A stretch of 64,000 bases of DNA from Abditibacteriaceae bacterium (GTDB lineage Bacteria > Armatimonadota > Abditibacteriia > Abditibacteriales > Abditibacteriaceae): the NCBI GenBank assembly GCA_965277285.1, contig OZ255721.1, positions 352,001 through 416,000 on the forward strand. The letters run 5' to 3'. Of this stretch, positions 50,137 to 59,519 are shown one piece after another (position 1 is the first letter of the stretch; the number at the start of each line of letters is the position of its first letter). Made by a program: the position numbers and the translations under genes. The notes below the pieces were generated by a model. It saw only the letters and a program-made list of their open reading frames with translations. It searched no databases and was not told the origin of the DNA.

Positions 50137-51816
50137 TTACTGACCGGGTGTGACGGTGACGAAAGTCTTGTCGCCTTTGCGGTTGACGAGCAGGGCGACG
50201 CTTTTGGTATCGCTTTGCATTTTCAAGATCGCGTTCACCGAAGCGGTAAAGTCGGCGACGTTGGAAACCGGCTTTTGTCCGACGCGCTCAATGACATCGC
50301 CGCGTTGCAGACCGGCTTGATCGGCTGCCGAGCCATCGGCAACACCCAAAATTACCAGACCGCGCGTCGCTGTCAGGCCCAGTTGATTCTTCAAAGTTGG
50401 CGTCAACGGCGCCAGGCGCAAACCCAGAGCGGTCGAAGACGGCGCGACCGGCGCCGTGCTATTATCGGTCGAGGAACTATCACTGGCGTCTGGCTTGAGT
50501 TCGTCCAGCCTTGCATTCAGTGTGATAGTTTGACCTTCGCGCAAAACCGTCAGTTTCGCGGTCGAACCAACCGGAGCCGTACCCACCAAACCTTGCAGTT
50601 CGTTGCTCTTCGTCACGGTTTTTCCGTTGAAGGCGGTAATTACATCGCCTTCTTGCAAGCCAGCTCGGGCGCCCGGCGTTCCCGCATTGATTTTGGCGAC
50701 CAGAACACCTTTGGTGCTTTCGTCCAAACCGAGTGACGCCGCATTGTGCGAATCCAGATTCTGAATCAGCACGCCCAGATAGCCGCGCGTGATTTTGCCG
50801 GTTTTCACAAGCTGTTCGGCGATGGTGCGCGCCGTGTTAATCGGGATGGCGAAACCGATTCCCATGTTGCCGCCGCTTTCCGAATAAATCGCGTTATTGA
50901 CGCCAACAACCAAACCGTTGATGTCGCACAAGGGGCCGCCACTGTTGCCCGGGTTGATCGACGCATCGGTTTGCAGATAATCGCCGCCACGGTCGCTCAG
51001 TTGAACTTCGCGCGACTTGGCGGAGATGATGCCGACTGTCACGGTATGTTCCAAACCGAACGGGTTGCCGACAGCAATCGCCCAATCGCCGACTTTAACG
51101 GACGATGAATCGCCCAGTTTCGCGGTTGGCAGATTGTTGGCGTTCACTTTGAGCACGGCGATGTCGGTTCCTTCATCGACGCCGACCAATTGAACATGAC
51201 GAAACTCGCGGTCATCGGCCAATTTGACGGTGATGTTCGCCGGATCAGCACCTTTGACGACGTGAGCGTTGGTCATGATGTAGCCGTCGCTGCGGAAAAT
51301 GATGCCCGAACCCAGACCGCCGCCGCGACCAGCCTGCACTTGTTGCAGATGCGCGCCGAATTGCGAGCGAATCGCGTTGCGCTGATAAGAATTGGGCTGG
51401 AAGCCGAACTTCTGGTTGAACTGCTTGAAAAACTCTTCAAACGGGTCTCTGCCCGATTTGGGTGCGTCTGGAGCGCTCGGTGAATCAGGTGCGTTGGGCG
51501 TCGATTCGTCCGGCGTGTTGCCGAATGGCAAAGCACCAAATGGCGAACGCTTGGTGCTCGTTGGCACAATTTTGCCTTCAGTTGTAATGGTGACAACCGC
51601 GGGTTCCACCGCGTTGGAAACTTGGGAAAAGGCGTCCTGAATGGCGGACGCGTCGCGCGTGGCGGCGGTTTGCACAACCGGCGCTGTCGTTGTGGGAGCA
51701 ATGGTTGTCTGCGCGCCTGCGACCTGACCGCGCAACAAATAACCGCCAGCCAGAGCGACTCCGGCCACGCCGAGAAGGGCGGCGCTACTGCGTTTCTTGA
51801 AAGACGTTTCGTTCAT
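50137..51816 (-). CDS. HtrA/DegP (Do family) serine protease with two PDZ domains
   Basis: GSGIIF, TNAHVV, DIAVLK, QTDASINPGNSGGPL, GIGFAIP. Confidence 0.94.
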   Translation of the reverse strand: MNETSFKKRSSAALLGVAGVALAGGYLLRGQVAGAQTTIAPTTTAPVVQTAATRDASAIQDAFSQVSNAVEPAVVTITTEGKIVPTSTKRSPFGALPFGNTPDESTPNAPDSPSAPDAPKSGRDPFEEFFKQFNQKFGFQPNSYQRNAIRSQFGAHLQQVQAGRGGGLGSGIIFRSDGYIMTNAHVVKGADPANITVKLADDREFRHVQLVGVDEGTDIAVLKVNANNLPTAKLGDSSSVKVGDWAIAVGNPFGLEHTVTVGIISAKSREVQLSDRGGDYLQTDASINPGNSGGPLCDINGLVVGVNNAIYSESGGNMGIGFAIPINTARTIAEQLVKTGKITRGYLGVLIQNLDSHNAASLGLDESTKGVLVAKINAGTPGARAGLQEGDVITAFNGKTVTKSNELQGLVGTAPVGSTAKLTVLREGQTITLNARLDELKPDASDSSSTDNSTAPVAPSSTALGLRLAPLTPTLKNQLGLTATRGLVILGVADGSAADQAGLQRGDVIERVGQKPVSNVADFTASVNAILKMQSDTKSVALLVNRKGDKTFVTVTPGQ

Positions 51817-51958
51817 ATACTGGGTGTCCTCCGCTCGAACACGATGTCGAGAAACAGCGAAATTATACGCTCAAATCTGTGCTTTACGGACGCAATTACG
51901 GTACAACGGTTGCCTTGCATTTTCGTGGAAGAAACACCACACGTCATGACGAAAGTTC

Positions 51959-52083
51959 AACCGCCAAGTCGAGGAGAACGCCAAGAGAGAAACAAGTTAG
52001 ATTCGAGTACTCGAAGGCGCTACGTACGGGCGAGGCATGCCTCGCCCGTACAACACATTTCTCTTCTCGGCGTCTTGCCGGTC
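51959..52083. repeat. CGCCAAG-type hairpin enclosing a 12-mer (52003) and a GTAC REP (52024-52051)
   Basis: AACCGCCAAG..AACGCCAAGAGAGAAA...GTACGGGCGAGGCATGCCTCGCCCGTAC...TTTCTCTTCTCGGCGT. Confidence 0.7.
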
Positions 52084-52087
52084 TTTA

Positions 52088-53539
52088 CTAAATCCGTCCA
52101 AAGTCGATGAAGCCGCGCTGGATGTCGGTGGACAGCAATCGCACCGCAACGTTTTGGCCGACATCCAGGCCATTTTCGCCTTGCACGACGCGGCCTTCGA
52201 CCGGCGGTTCACTGGTTCGCACCCAGACGCCTTTGGATGAAACGCCTGTTACAACGGCCTCGAAAACCTGGCCGATGCGGTCGCCGAACAACGCGGCAGC
52301 GGCGACTTTGCGCATCAATCGCTCGACTTTTTGCGCGGCGGCTTCTCGCTCGTTGCAATGAGCCGCAATTTGCGCCAGTTCGTCATCGCTGTAAGGAGAC
52401 GATTCCATTTTCAGCGCCGACTTTAACAAGCGTTGCGTAATCAAATCGGGATAGCGACGATTGGGCGCCGTCGAATGCGTGTAGCGCGCCGCGCCCAAGC
52501 CGAAATGTCCCTCGTGATCCTGCGGTCGCACCAAAACATATTGTCCTGGCCCAAGTAGTTTCACAATCGACAATGACAACTGCGCGAAATCGTTGGGCGC
52601 GGCTTTCTGACGACGTTGCAGAAACTCGGATAGCGCCAGAGGATCGGCTTTATCAGGCAAATTATCACCCAGATCGCGCGCGATTTGTTCAATGCGCGGC
52701 CAGCGTTCCGGTTCGCGCACGACGCGCGCGATAGATGAAAAGCCATGTTCGGGCAGCCATTGCGCCAGCGCCATATTCGCCGCCACCATGAAGTTTTCGA
52801 TGATGCGACGCGCGGCGTTTTTGCTTTGCGTTTGCAGCCCGACAACGCGCCCGTCTTTCACAATTGGCGTCACTTCGGGGCTTTCCAAATCGAGCGCGCC
52901 TTTGGCCTCGCGTGCTTTTTGCAGGCGAATCGCCGCTTCGTTTTGTAACAACAATTGTTCGCGCAAACCCGCGATGGTTTCGATTTCCGCGATTCGAGTA
53001 CTCGAATTGTCGTCCAGCCACGCGCCGACTTCTTCATAGACCAACTTGGCGCGATTGCAAACCAAAGCGCGCGACATCTCAATTTGACTGGTTTCGCCCT
53101 GCGCGTCCACAACGTAAGAAATCACAAACGCCTGGCGGGTTTCCTCTGGCAGCAACGACGACAAGCCTTCGGACAATGGGCGCGGCAGCATCGGAAAGGT
53201 TTCGATTCCCGTGTAAACCGAACACGTATTGCGCGCCGCTTGCGTGTCCAAAAGCGAACCGCGCGGCACGAATTCGTCCACGTCGGCGATGCCAATGCGC
53301 ACGCGAATCGCGCCGTCTGGCAACTGTTCCGCGACTTCGACCTGATCCAGATCGCGCGACGTGTCGTTGTCAATCGACGACCACAAAAGTCCACATAAAT
53401 CAGTCACATCGGCGCTTCGAGTACTCGATGCGTCTGCTGCGGCGCTTTGCAATTCACGTTGTTCGTCCGGCGAAAAATCGACATCGAAACCGGCGTTCTG
53501 CACTTCGCGGCGCGCGCGTTCTTCCAAATTGGGAGTCAT
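52088..53539 (-). CDS. RNB-domain ribonuclease (RNase II/R family, short form)
   Basis: SIDNDTSRDLDQ, IGIADV, IENFMVAAN, YTHSTAPNRRYPDL, S1 tail. Confidence 0.9.
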   Translation of the reverse strand: MTPNLEERARREVQNAGFDVDFSPDEQRELQSAAADASSTRSADVTDLCGLLWSSIDNDTSRDLDQVEVAEQLPDGAIRVRIGIADVDEFVPRGSLLDTQAARNTCSVYTGIETFPMLPRPLSEGLSSLLPEETRQAFVISYVVDAQGETSQIEMSRALVCNRAKLVYEEVGAWLDDNSSTRIAEIETIAGLREQLLLQNEAAIRLQKAREAKGALDLESPEVTPIVKDGRVVGLQTQSKNAARRIIENFMVAANMALAQWLPEHGFSSIARVVREPERWPRIEQIARDLGDNLPDKADPLALSEFLQRRQKAAPNDFAQLSLSIVKLLGPGQYVLVRPQDHEGHFGLGAARYTHSTAPNRRYPDLITQRLLKSALKMESSPYSDDELAQIAAHCNEREAAAQKVERLMRKVAAAALFGDRIGQVFEAVVTGVSSKGVWVRTSEPPVEGRVVQGENGLDVGQNVAVRLLSTDIQRGFIDFGRI

Positions 53540-53566
53540 AATTTCCTTTCGTAGATTTGACGAATT

Positions 53567-54826
53567 TCAATGAAGGTCGCTCACGTCCCACAGTTCCAAG
53601 CGGTCATCTTGCGGAATGGCGAGAAGTTTTCCATCGGGCGAAAATTGCATTTGTTCGCTATACAGAGTTGAACCGGCGTGCGGCTGCAATGATTGAAGTA
53701 TCGCTCCAGTTCTCACATCGCGTATGTCGAAGTTGTTAGTGCTTAAGTTGTAAATTGCGGCAAAGTGGCTTGAAGGAGTGAAGGCAACGGTGCACACCGA
53801 TTCAGTTCTCATGTCTTGTTTCCACAACAAACGTCCCGTTAGCGTGTCGAAAGCCTCCAGCAACTGGCAATAATCTTGGTTGACTCCCGATTTATCATCA
53901 TGCAGCGCGCCATACTCTATCCTCGTTAGGAGTGTTCCCCCATCCGGCGAAATGCAAAAACTCATATTTGTCTGCATATCTGAGGAAAGACGATGCGGGT
54001 TGTCCGTATCCTTAAAATCGTAGTGGGAAATTAGAGAAAATGACCTTACTATTCGATGAGTTTTAGGATTAAGAATTGTCGCTATCCACTGCTCAAAATA
54101 ATACGTACGGTAGGTAAATAAACTGCTCAGGATGACATTGGACTTGATGGGAACAACACTGATGTTCAGCAAGGTATTTCCAAGTCTCACTTCACGCGCT
54201 TTTTGCGGCTTCTCTTTGAAGTCATCAGAAACAGGCTGTAAAAAAACAGGTTCTATAAAAGCAGATTGCAAACTTGCAGGTGGAACTTGGGGACGTGTTG
54301 GACATATTCCCTCTCGAATAAGTCGAGTGCTGAGAATATCGCGTATTTCACGCCTCATTAATCCAGATTTTGACCAATCTTGATTGTCCACACGCAATTC
54401 ATTTGCTGCTTCAAAGTGCAGAGTAGTTGAGGGACTTTCTTTTCCTGTCCTCCAAGAGGAAATAAGTTGATTGGAAGTAAGATCCCAAACTTCGACTTGA
54501 GGGCTTGGTGACGGAGTGCTCGAGCGCGGGTGGGGATCAAGAAACTCGCCAGAGTAGCTTAAATCACTTGGAGTCTCAACAAGAGCGATGTATTTAGAGT
54601 CACTCGAAAATTGAAGCGGCGCGAAAATAACGCTGTTCACTCCTTTTACTTGTGGATAAAACACTGCATAAGGCCGATTGCTCCCATAGTCGCGCCACTC
54701 GCGCCACGAGTGCTGAAGTTGCGGCGAAAACTGCATCGCCATTAAGCCAACGACAAGCACCAAAGGCGACAGCAACATCAGCCATTCAAGCTTGCTCCAC
54801 TTCCTTTTTGCCTTGCGTATTCTCAT
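53567..54826 (-). CDS. Membrane-anchored WD40-like beta-propeller protein (lower GC)
   Basis: N-terminal TM; FSSDSKYIA, ISPDGGTL, FSPDGKLLA...LELWDV. Confidence 0.75.
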   Translation of the reverse strand: MRIRKAKRKWSKLEWLMLLSPLVLVVGLMAMQFSPQLQHSWREWRDYGSNRPYAVFYPQVKGVNSVIFAPLQFSSDSKYIALVETPSDLSYSGEFLDPHPRSSTPSPSPQVEVWDLTSNQLISSWRTGKESPSTTLHFEAANELRVDNQDWSKSGLMRREIRDILSTRLIREGICPTRPQVPPASLQSAFIEPVFLQPVSDDFKEKPQKAREVRLGNTLLNISVVPIKSNVILSSLFTYRTYYFEQWIATILNPKTHRIVRSFSLISHYDFKDTDNPHRLSSDMQTNMSFCISPDGGTLLTRIEYGALHDDKSGVNQDYCQLLEAFDTLTGRLLWKQDMRTESVCTVAFTPSSHFAAIYNLSTNNFDIRDVRTGAILQSLQPHAGSTLYSEQMQFSPDGKLLAIPQDDRLELWDVSDLH

Positions 54827-54880
54827 TTGAGTACTCGATAGGTTGTTGATTGGTGGGCCATCTTTTAAGGGAACTATGGT

Positions 54881-56008
54881 TCATTGTAATGGTTTCATCT
54901 GCGAAGGCAAATCGAAGGCGGGCGCGAAATGTTCGGCTTTGATTTGAATTTGCGCTTCCCTGGTTCCGATTTGCGCCAGGTCGTAGCGATTCTGGGCTGC
55001 ACTCATGTCGCGCAGGGAAGCGAGTTTGGGCACCAAGTTATCCAATTTCAAGGCGCGCAAGTTGGCTTCTTCCAGGCGCGCATTGTAGCGCAAATAGGAA
55101 AGCAACGGTTCTTTGGTCAGCATTTCGTCGTGTAAATCGCCGATTTCGTCGTTGATTGGCCACGGCGTCGGCGTGCGCGACAGGCTTTGCAAAATCAGTT
55201 GGTTTTGCCAGTTGGCGTCGGCCATCAGCATGGTCGGAACTTCGCGCGCCCAATCCCACAAATGCGCGTGCGCCATGATCGCCGCGTCGTGTTCGATTTT
55301 CCAAACGCCGGTTCCGATTGAAACCAGCAGCAAATCGTTTTCGCCGGTTTTCCAGTGAAAAGGATAACCTTGCAAAGTTGCCATTAAGAAAAGTTGCAGC
55401 GCCGGATTGTTCGCCATGCTGACGCCGCCATCGACAAATGCGCCCGACAAACCGCCGCCAATATCCAACGTTTCCGGCACGAAGTAGGCGGGCGCGGCAG
55501 TACTGGCGCGCACCGCGTCACGCAGCAGAATGCGCGAATTCTCAGCGTAATATTTGGCGCCCGGATGATTGATCAGCGGCCAGGTGCTGTTGGTATCGGC
55601 GCGCTTGACGATGATGCACAAGCCGGTTTGCAGACTTTCGTCGCCCAGTGTGCGATCGCCAAAGGCACGTTCAAGTTCGTGGAGCAACGGCGCCAGATCG
55701 AAAATCGCGTCCCATTGTTTCCACTGCTTTTTGCCGAAGATTTTGCCGCCCAACTCAAAATAAAGTTGCTTGATGTCCGCGACTTCCAAACCGATGGCCA
55801 GGCCAGCGGCGATAATCGCGCCCGTGCTGGTGCCGCCGATAAGATCGAAGTAATCGCATAAGCGAAGGTCGGAGCGGTCGTGACGTTCGCGTAAAATCGC
55901 TTCGATGCGCTCCAAAAACCCCAGCGTGATAGTGCCGCGAATACCGCCGCCATCGAGCGCCAAAATGCGCTTTGGCCCATCGTCGGAAAGTCGCTTGGTT
56001 AAAGACAT
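54881..56008 (-). CDS. Patatin-like phospholipase
   Basis: ILALDGGGIRG, GTSTG, ASTAAP.YF, DGGV. Confidence 0.92.
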   Translation of the reverse strand: MSLTKRLSDDGPKRILALDGGGIRGTITLGFLERIEAILRERHDRSDLRLCDYFDLIGGTSTGAIIAAGLAIGLEVADIKQLYFELGGKIFGKKQWKQWDAIFDLAPLLHELERAFGDRTLGDESLQTGLCIIVKRADTNSTWPLINHPGAKYYAENSRILLRDAVRASTAAPAYFVPETLDIGGGLSGAFVDGGVSMANNPALQLFLMATLQGYPFHWKTGENDLLLVSIGTGVWKIEHDAAIMAHAHLWDWAREVPTMLMADANWQNQLILQSLSRTPTPWPINDEIGDLHDEMLTKEPLLSYLRYNARLEEANLRALKLDNLVPKLASLRDMSAAQNRYDLAQIGTREAQIQIKAEHFAPAFDLPSQMKPLQ

Positions 56009-56092
56009 GAAGTGATTGTGATTGATTTGAGGGCGCTTGAACAATAAAGTTCGAGCGCTTTCAAAGGCGAGCATTCTGTTGAAGAAAAAGTC

Positions 56093-56121
56093 TTGTCAGA
56101 GGGTTGGCCGAGTTGTAAAAT
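56093..56121 (+). promoter_or_regulatory. Sigma70-type promoter of the 6S RNA
   Basis: TTGTCA (56093-56098), 17-bp spacer, TAAAAT (56116-56121). Confidence 0.7.
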
Positions 56122-56125
56122 AAAG

Positions 56126-56332
56126 ATCCCCCTGCTGCGTGCGAGACATCTGATACAGGTTTGAGCCTACACTCACCACGAAGGGAGCCTCACTCTTTTG
56201 CCGGGACAACGTCGGCTGACACCTTGATCGGTTATTTTCTTCGGAAATAACAGTCGTGTTGCGAGGGCGAGGAGCGGCACCCACCTGCGAAAGCGGGTTC
56301 AAAAACTTGACGGTGCACGGCGTGGCGGGGCT
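56126..56332 (+). ncRNA. ssrS: 6S RNA (Bacillus 6S-1-like)
   Basis: Conserved blocks GGTTTGA, GGGAGCC, GGCACCCACCTGC..AGCGGGTTCAAAA, CACGGC; terminal CCCC/GGGG pairing; upstream of rarA. Confidence 0.85.
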
Positions 56333-56425
56333 TTTCTAAAGATGAAGGCGGAAGGATGAAGGATGAAGCAATTCGTCCACCATCTTTCCGCTTTTTGCGT
56401 TTTACAAGTGCCGACGAATACCGCC

Positions 56426-56511
56426 AACGAACTCGAAGCGTCAGCGACGGGCTTATGTGGTATTCACATGCGGCTGTTACTTAAGCCCGTCGCTGACGCT
56501 TCGGGTTCGTT
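56426..56511. repeat. Hairpin repeat family A
   Basis: AACGAACTCGAAGCGTCAGCGACGGG...CCCGTCGCTGACGCTTCGGGTTCGTT. Confidence 0.88.
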
Positions 56512-56535
56512 AATTAATCCAAGTTGTCGCTATTG

Positions 56536-56670
56536 CCTGCGAGTGAACTCGCGGCTGGGCGGCTTACGCCGCATCGTCGGCCTGCGCCGACGAGAGAGTA
56601 CTTTCAATGTTGCGTCGGCGCAGGCCGACGATGCCGCCGCAGGCGGTTAAGCCGCGAGTTCACTCGCAGG
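56536..56670. repeat. Large GC-rich hairpin element (family F)
   Basis: CCTGCGAGTGAACTCGCGGCT..GCATCGTCGGCCTGCGCCGACG / inverse; right-end relic at about 34959-34986. Confidence 0.8.
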
Positions 56671-56722
56671 GCATGGTATTAGGTTACTTAAGCCCTTTGC
56701 GGACGCTTCGGGTTTGTTACTT

Positions 56723-58156
56723 ATGTCACTTTTTTCCGACGATGAAGCCGCGCCAAGCGCGCCAAGCGCGCCATCGAGTACTCGAATCAAGAGTTCAAGC
56801 CTTGAAGCGCCGCCATTTTCGTCACTTCCGTTGGCGGCGCGGATGCGGCCTCGCAACTTCGATGAGTTCGTCGGGCAAAGGCATTTAGTGGGACAAAACG
56901 CGCCGTTACGCCGCGCTGTGGAAGCGGATCGTGCGCCGTCGGGCGTGTTCTTTGGCCCGGCGGGAACTGGAAAAACTACGCTGGCGCGCTTGATCGCCAC
57001 CTTATCGAACGCGCACTTTGAAGATTTTTCCGCTGTGACGGGCGGCGTCGCCGATGTGCGCAAAATCATCGCTGCCGCCAAAGAACGGCGCGCGCAATCG
57101 AGTACTCGAACGCTGCTTTTCGTCGATGAAATTCATCGTTTTAACCGCGCGCAGCAAGACGCGTTTTTGCCGCACGTCGAAGAGGGAACCGTCACTTTAA
57201 TTGGCGCGACAACCGAAAATCCGCTGGCGACGGTGAATACGCCGTTGCTGTCGCGCTGTCGCTTGTTCCGCTTCGAGCCGCTGCCCGACGAAGATTTGAT
57301 CGCGCTTTTAGAACGTGCCTTGACAGACGAACGCGGCTTGAAAGAAGCGGATTTGCAAGTCGATCCGCGTGCTTTGAATCATATCGCGCGTTGTGCTTTG
57401 GGCGATGCGCGCACCGCGCTGAACGCACTCGAGATAACGGCGGATTTGGTGCAAGAAGATCGAGTACTCGATTTAGCTTTGGCGGAAACCGCGATCGGCC
57501 GCCGCGCTCTGGAATATGACAAGAGCGGCGATTCGCACTATCATATCATTTCGGCTTATATCAAATCGATGCGCGGCAGCGACCCGGACGCGGCATTATA
57601 TTGGATGGCGCGCATGTTGGAAAGCGGCGAAGACCCGATGTTTGTGGCGCGACGCCTGGTCATTCAAGCCAGCGAAGACGTGGGAAATGCCGATCCGCAC
57701 ACACTGCCTTTGGCGATGGCGGCGTTGCAGGCGGTCGAAAAAGTCGGCATGCCCGAAGCGGCGATTCTTCTGGCGCAGGCGACGGTTTATCTGGCAACCG
57801 CGCCCAAAAGCAATGCGTCCTATGTGGCGCTCCATCGCGCGCAGGACGCGGTTCGCAACTTGCCGCCAGCCAGTGTTCCGATGCACTTGAGAGCCGCCAG
57901 TTTGCGCGGCGCGCGCGAACGTTTGGGCGAAGGCATCGGTTACATTTATCCGCACGATGAGCCAAACGGCTGGGCGAAACAGGATTATTTGCCGCCCGGT
58001 TTCAAAATTGAAGATTGGTATCAGCCGACCGAACGAGGCCACGAAAGGCAAATCGGCGAACGCTTGAAAGTTTGGCGCGCAGCGGAAGAATGGAGCGAAG
58101 TTTCGGGCGATCAAGCGTTAGACAATGAAACTTCAGGCGACGAGCGCGGAGGTTAA
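56723..58156 (+). CDS. rarA: Replication-associated recombination protein A (RarA/MgsA)
   Basis: PLAARMRP, GPAGTGKTTLA, DEIHRFN, GATTENP, KSMRGSDPDAA, ASEDVG. Confidence 0.95.
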   Translation: MSLFSDDEAAPSAPSAPSSTRIKSSSLEAPPFSSLPLAARMRPRNFDEFVGQRHLVGQNAPLRRAVEADRAPSGVFFGPAGTGKTTLARLIATLSNAHFEDFSAVTGGVADVRKIIAAAKERRAQSSTRTLLFVDEIHRFNRAQQDAFLPHVEEGTVTLIGATTENPLATVNTPLLSRCRLFRFEPLPDEDLIALLERALTDERGLKEADLQVDPRALNHIARCALGDARTALNALEITADLVQEDRVLDLALAETAIGRRALEYDKSGDSHYHIISAYIKSMRGSDPDAALYWMARMLESGEDPMFVARRLVIQASEDVGNADPHTLPLAMAALQAVEKVGMPEAAILLAQATVYLATAPKSNASYVALHRAQDAVRNLPPASVPMHLRAASLRGARERLGEGIGYIYPHDEPNGWAKQDYLPPGFKIEDWYQPTERGHERQIGERLKVWRAAEEWSEVSGDQALDNETSGDERGG

Positions 58157-58298
58157 CGCGATGAAAACGTGGATGAATCTGGTGCGCGAGGCGCGCGTGC
58201 AAGTCGGGCAGCAAACGGGACAACAATCCGAGCACGGCGTTGATGAAGCGGCGAACTCGTTGTCGATGACGTTGACAAAAACGGGTGGAGGAAGGCTA

Positions 58299-58748
58299 AT
58301 GGACATCAGATTGCGGACGCATCGCGTCGATGGCGCGACGGTAGTCGAAGTCGGCGGCGATGTCGAATTGCATAGCGCCAATCAATTGCGTGAGGAACTT
58401 TCGCGCGCCGGAGCAGGCGAACATCCGTGCGTTGTCGTCGATTTATCGCGCGTTTCGTTTATTGATTCGACCGGATTGGGCGTTTTAGTCGGCGCCTTCA
58501 AGCGCGTGCGCGAATATGGCAGCCTGTCCGTGGTTTGCCCGCAACGCAGCGTTCGTCGTGTTTTCGAGATCACGGGCTTGTTGCAGGTTTTTCCGTTTCA
58601 TCAAAACTTGGCCGAAGCAGTCAAGGCTTGCGCGGTTTTTGCGGCGACTCGAGATTCCGCGGCTTCGGTTTCGAGTACTCGATTATTCGCCAAAGACGAT
58701 GAAAATCTTTCAGCGCCTGAAGGCCAGATGGCGAAGGAGGCGCAATGA
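58299..58748 (+). CDS. Anti-sigma factor antagonist (STAS, RsbV-like)
   Basis: VVDLSRVSFIDSTGLGVLV, VRRVFEITGL; GGAGGA RBS before ATG 58299. Confidence 0.9.
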   Translation: MDIRLRTHRVDGATVVEVGGDVELHSANQLREELSRAGAGEHPCVVVDLSRVSFIDSTGLGVLVGAFKRVREYGSLSVVCPQRSVRRVFEITGLLQVFPFHQNLAEAVKACAVFAATRDSAASVSSTRLFAKDDENLSAPEGQMAKEAQ

Positions 58749-59509
58749 ATTCCTCTCCATCTGCCGAATCTGCGCCTAATGCCGATAGTGCGAACGTCGG
58801 AGCGAACGTCGGCATAAACGTCGGTGAAGCGGCGGAAAATGGCGCGCCTGACGAAATGGAAGTGGCGCTGCAGATTCCGTCCGACGCCGAGTTTGTGCGC
58901 GTCGTGCGCCTGGCGGTGATGGGCGTGGCGAGCCGCATGCCGTTTTCCTACGACGACATCGAAGACATCAAACTGGCGGTTTCTGAAGCCTGCAACAACG
59001 CGATTTTGCACGCGCGCGTACCACCCGATCAGGCTCGCCTCGCCTTGGGCGCAACGTCGGAAGGCTTGCAACAGACAATGATTAAGCCGCCCATCGTGGT
59101 GCGCTTGCTGCCTTATAGCGACCGCCTGGAAATTAGCGTCGAAGATGGCGGACGCATTTCCTCGCCCGGCTTGCTGGCGCCGCGCGTTCGCAAACCTGTT
59201 ATTTCTCCCGATGAAGTCGAACTTCCCGAAGGCGGCATGGGACTTTTTCTTATTCAAAGCCTGATGGACGAAGTGCAACACCACAGCGGCGAAAATTCCA
59301 ATACGGTCATCCACATGACCAAATATCTGCCGCGCGACCTATCTCCAACGCGCCCGTTTAAAACCCCTGAAACCGCGTCGTCGCACGCACACGAAACGTC
59401 TTCTGTCATTTCTCCTTCGCCCGATGTCGCGCCGAACGGTTCGCCGGTTGGAGCTATAACCGAACCTTTGGCCGTAGCGAATTTGCCGGAGCATTTGCCG
59501 GCTTCATAA
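58745..59509 (+). CDS. Anti-sigma factor Ser kinase (RsbW-like)
   Basis: IEDIKLAVSEACNNA, VEDGG, EGGMGLFLIQSLMDEV; ATGA overlap with the upstream gene. Confidence 0.9.
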   Translation: MNSSPSAESAPNADSANVGANVGINVGEAAENGAPDEMEVALQIPSDAEFVRVVRLAVMGVASRMPFSYDDIEDIKLAVSEACNNAILHARVPPDQARLALGATSEGLQQTMIKPPIVVRLLPYSDRLEISVEDGGRISSPGLLAPRVRKPVISPDEVELPEGGMGLFLIQSLMDEVQHHSGENSNTVIHMTKYLPRDLSPTRPFKTPETASSHAHETSSVISPSPDVAPNGSPVGAITEPLAVANLPEHLPAS

Positions 59510-59519
59510 CGGCGCCCTT

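Noticed and set aside
54881..56008. Patatin as a CBASS (CapV-like) effector
   Set aside because: No CD-NTase or other defence genes adjacent
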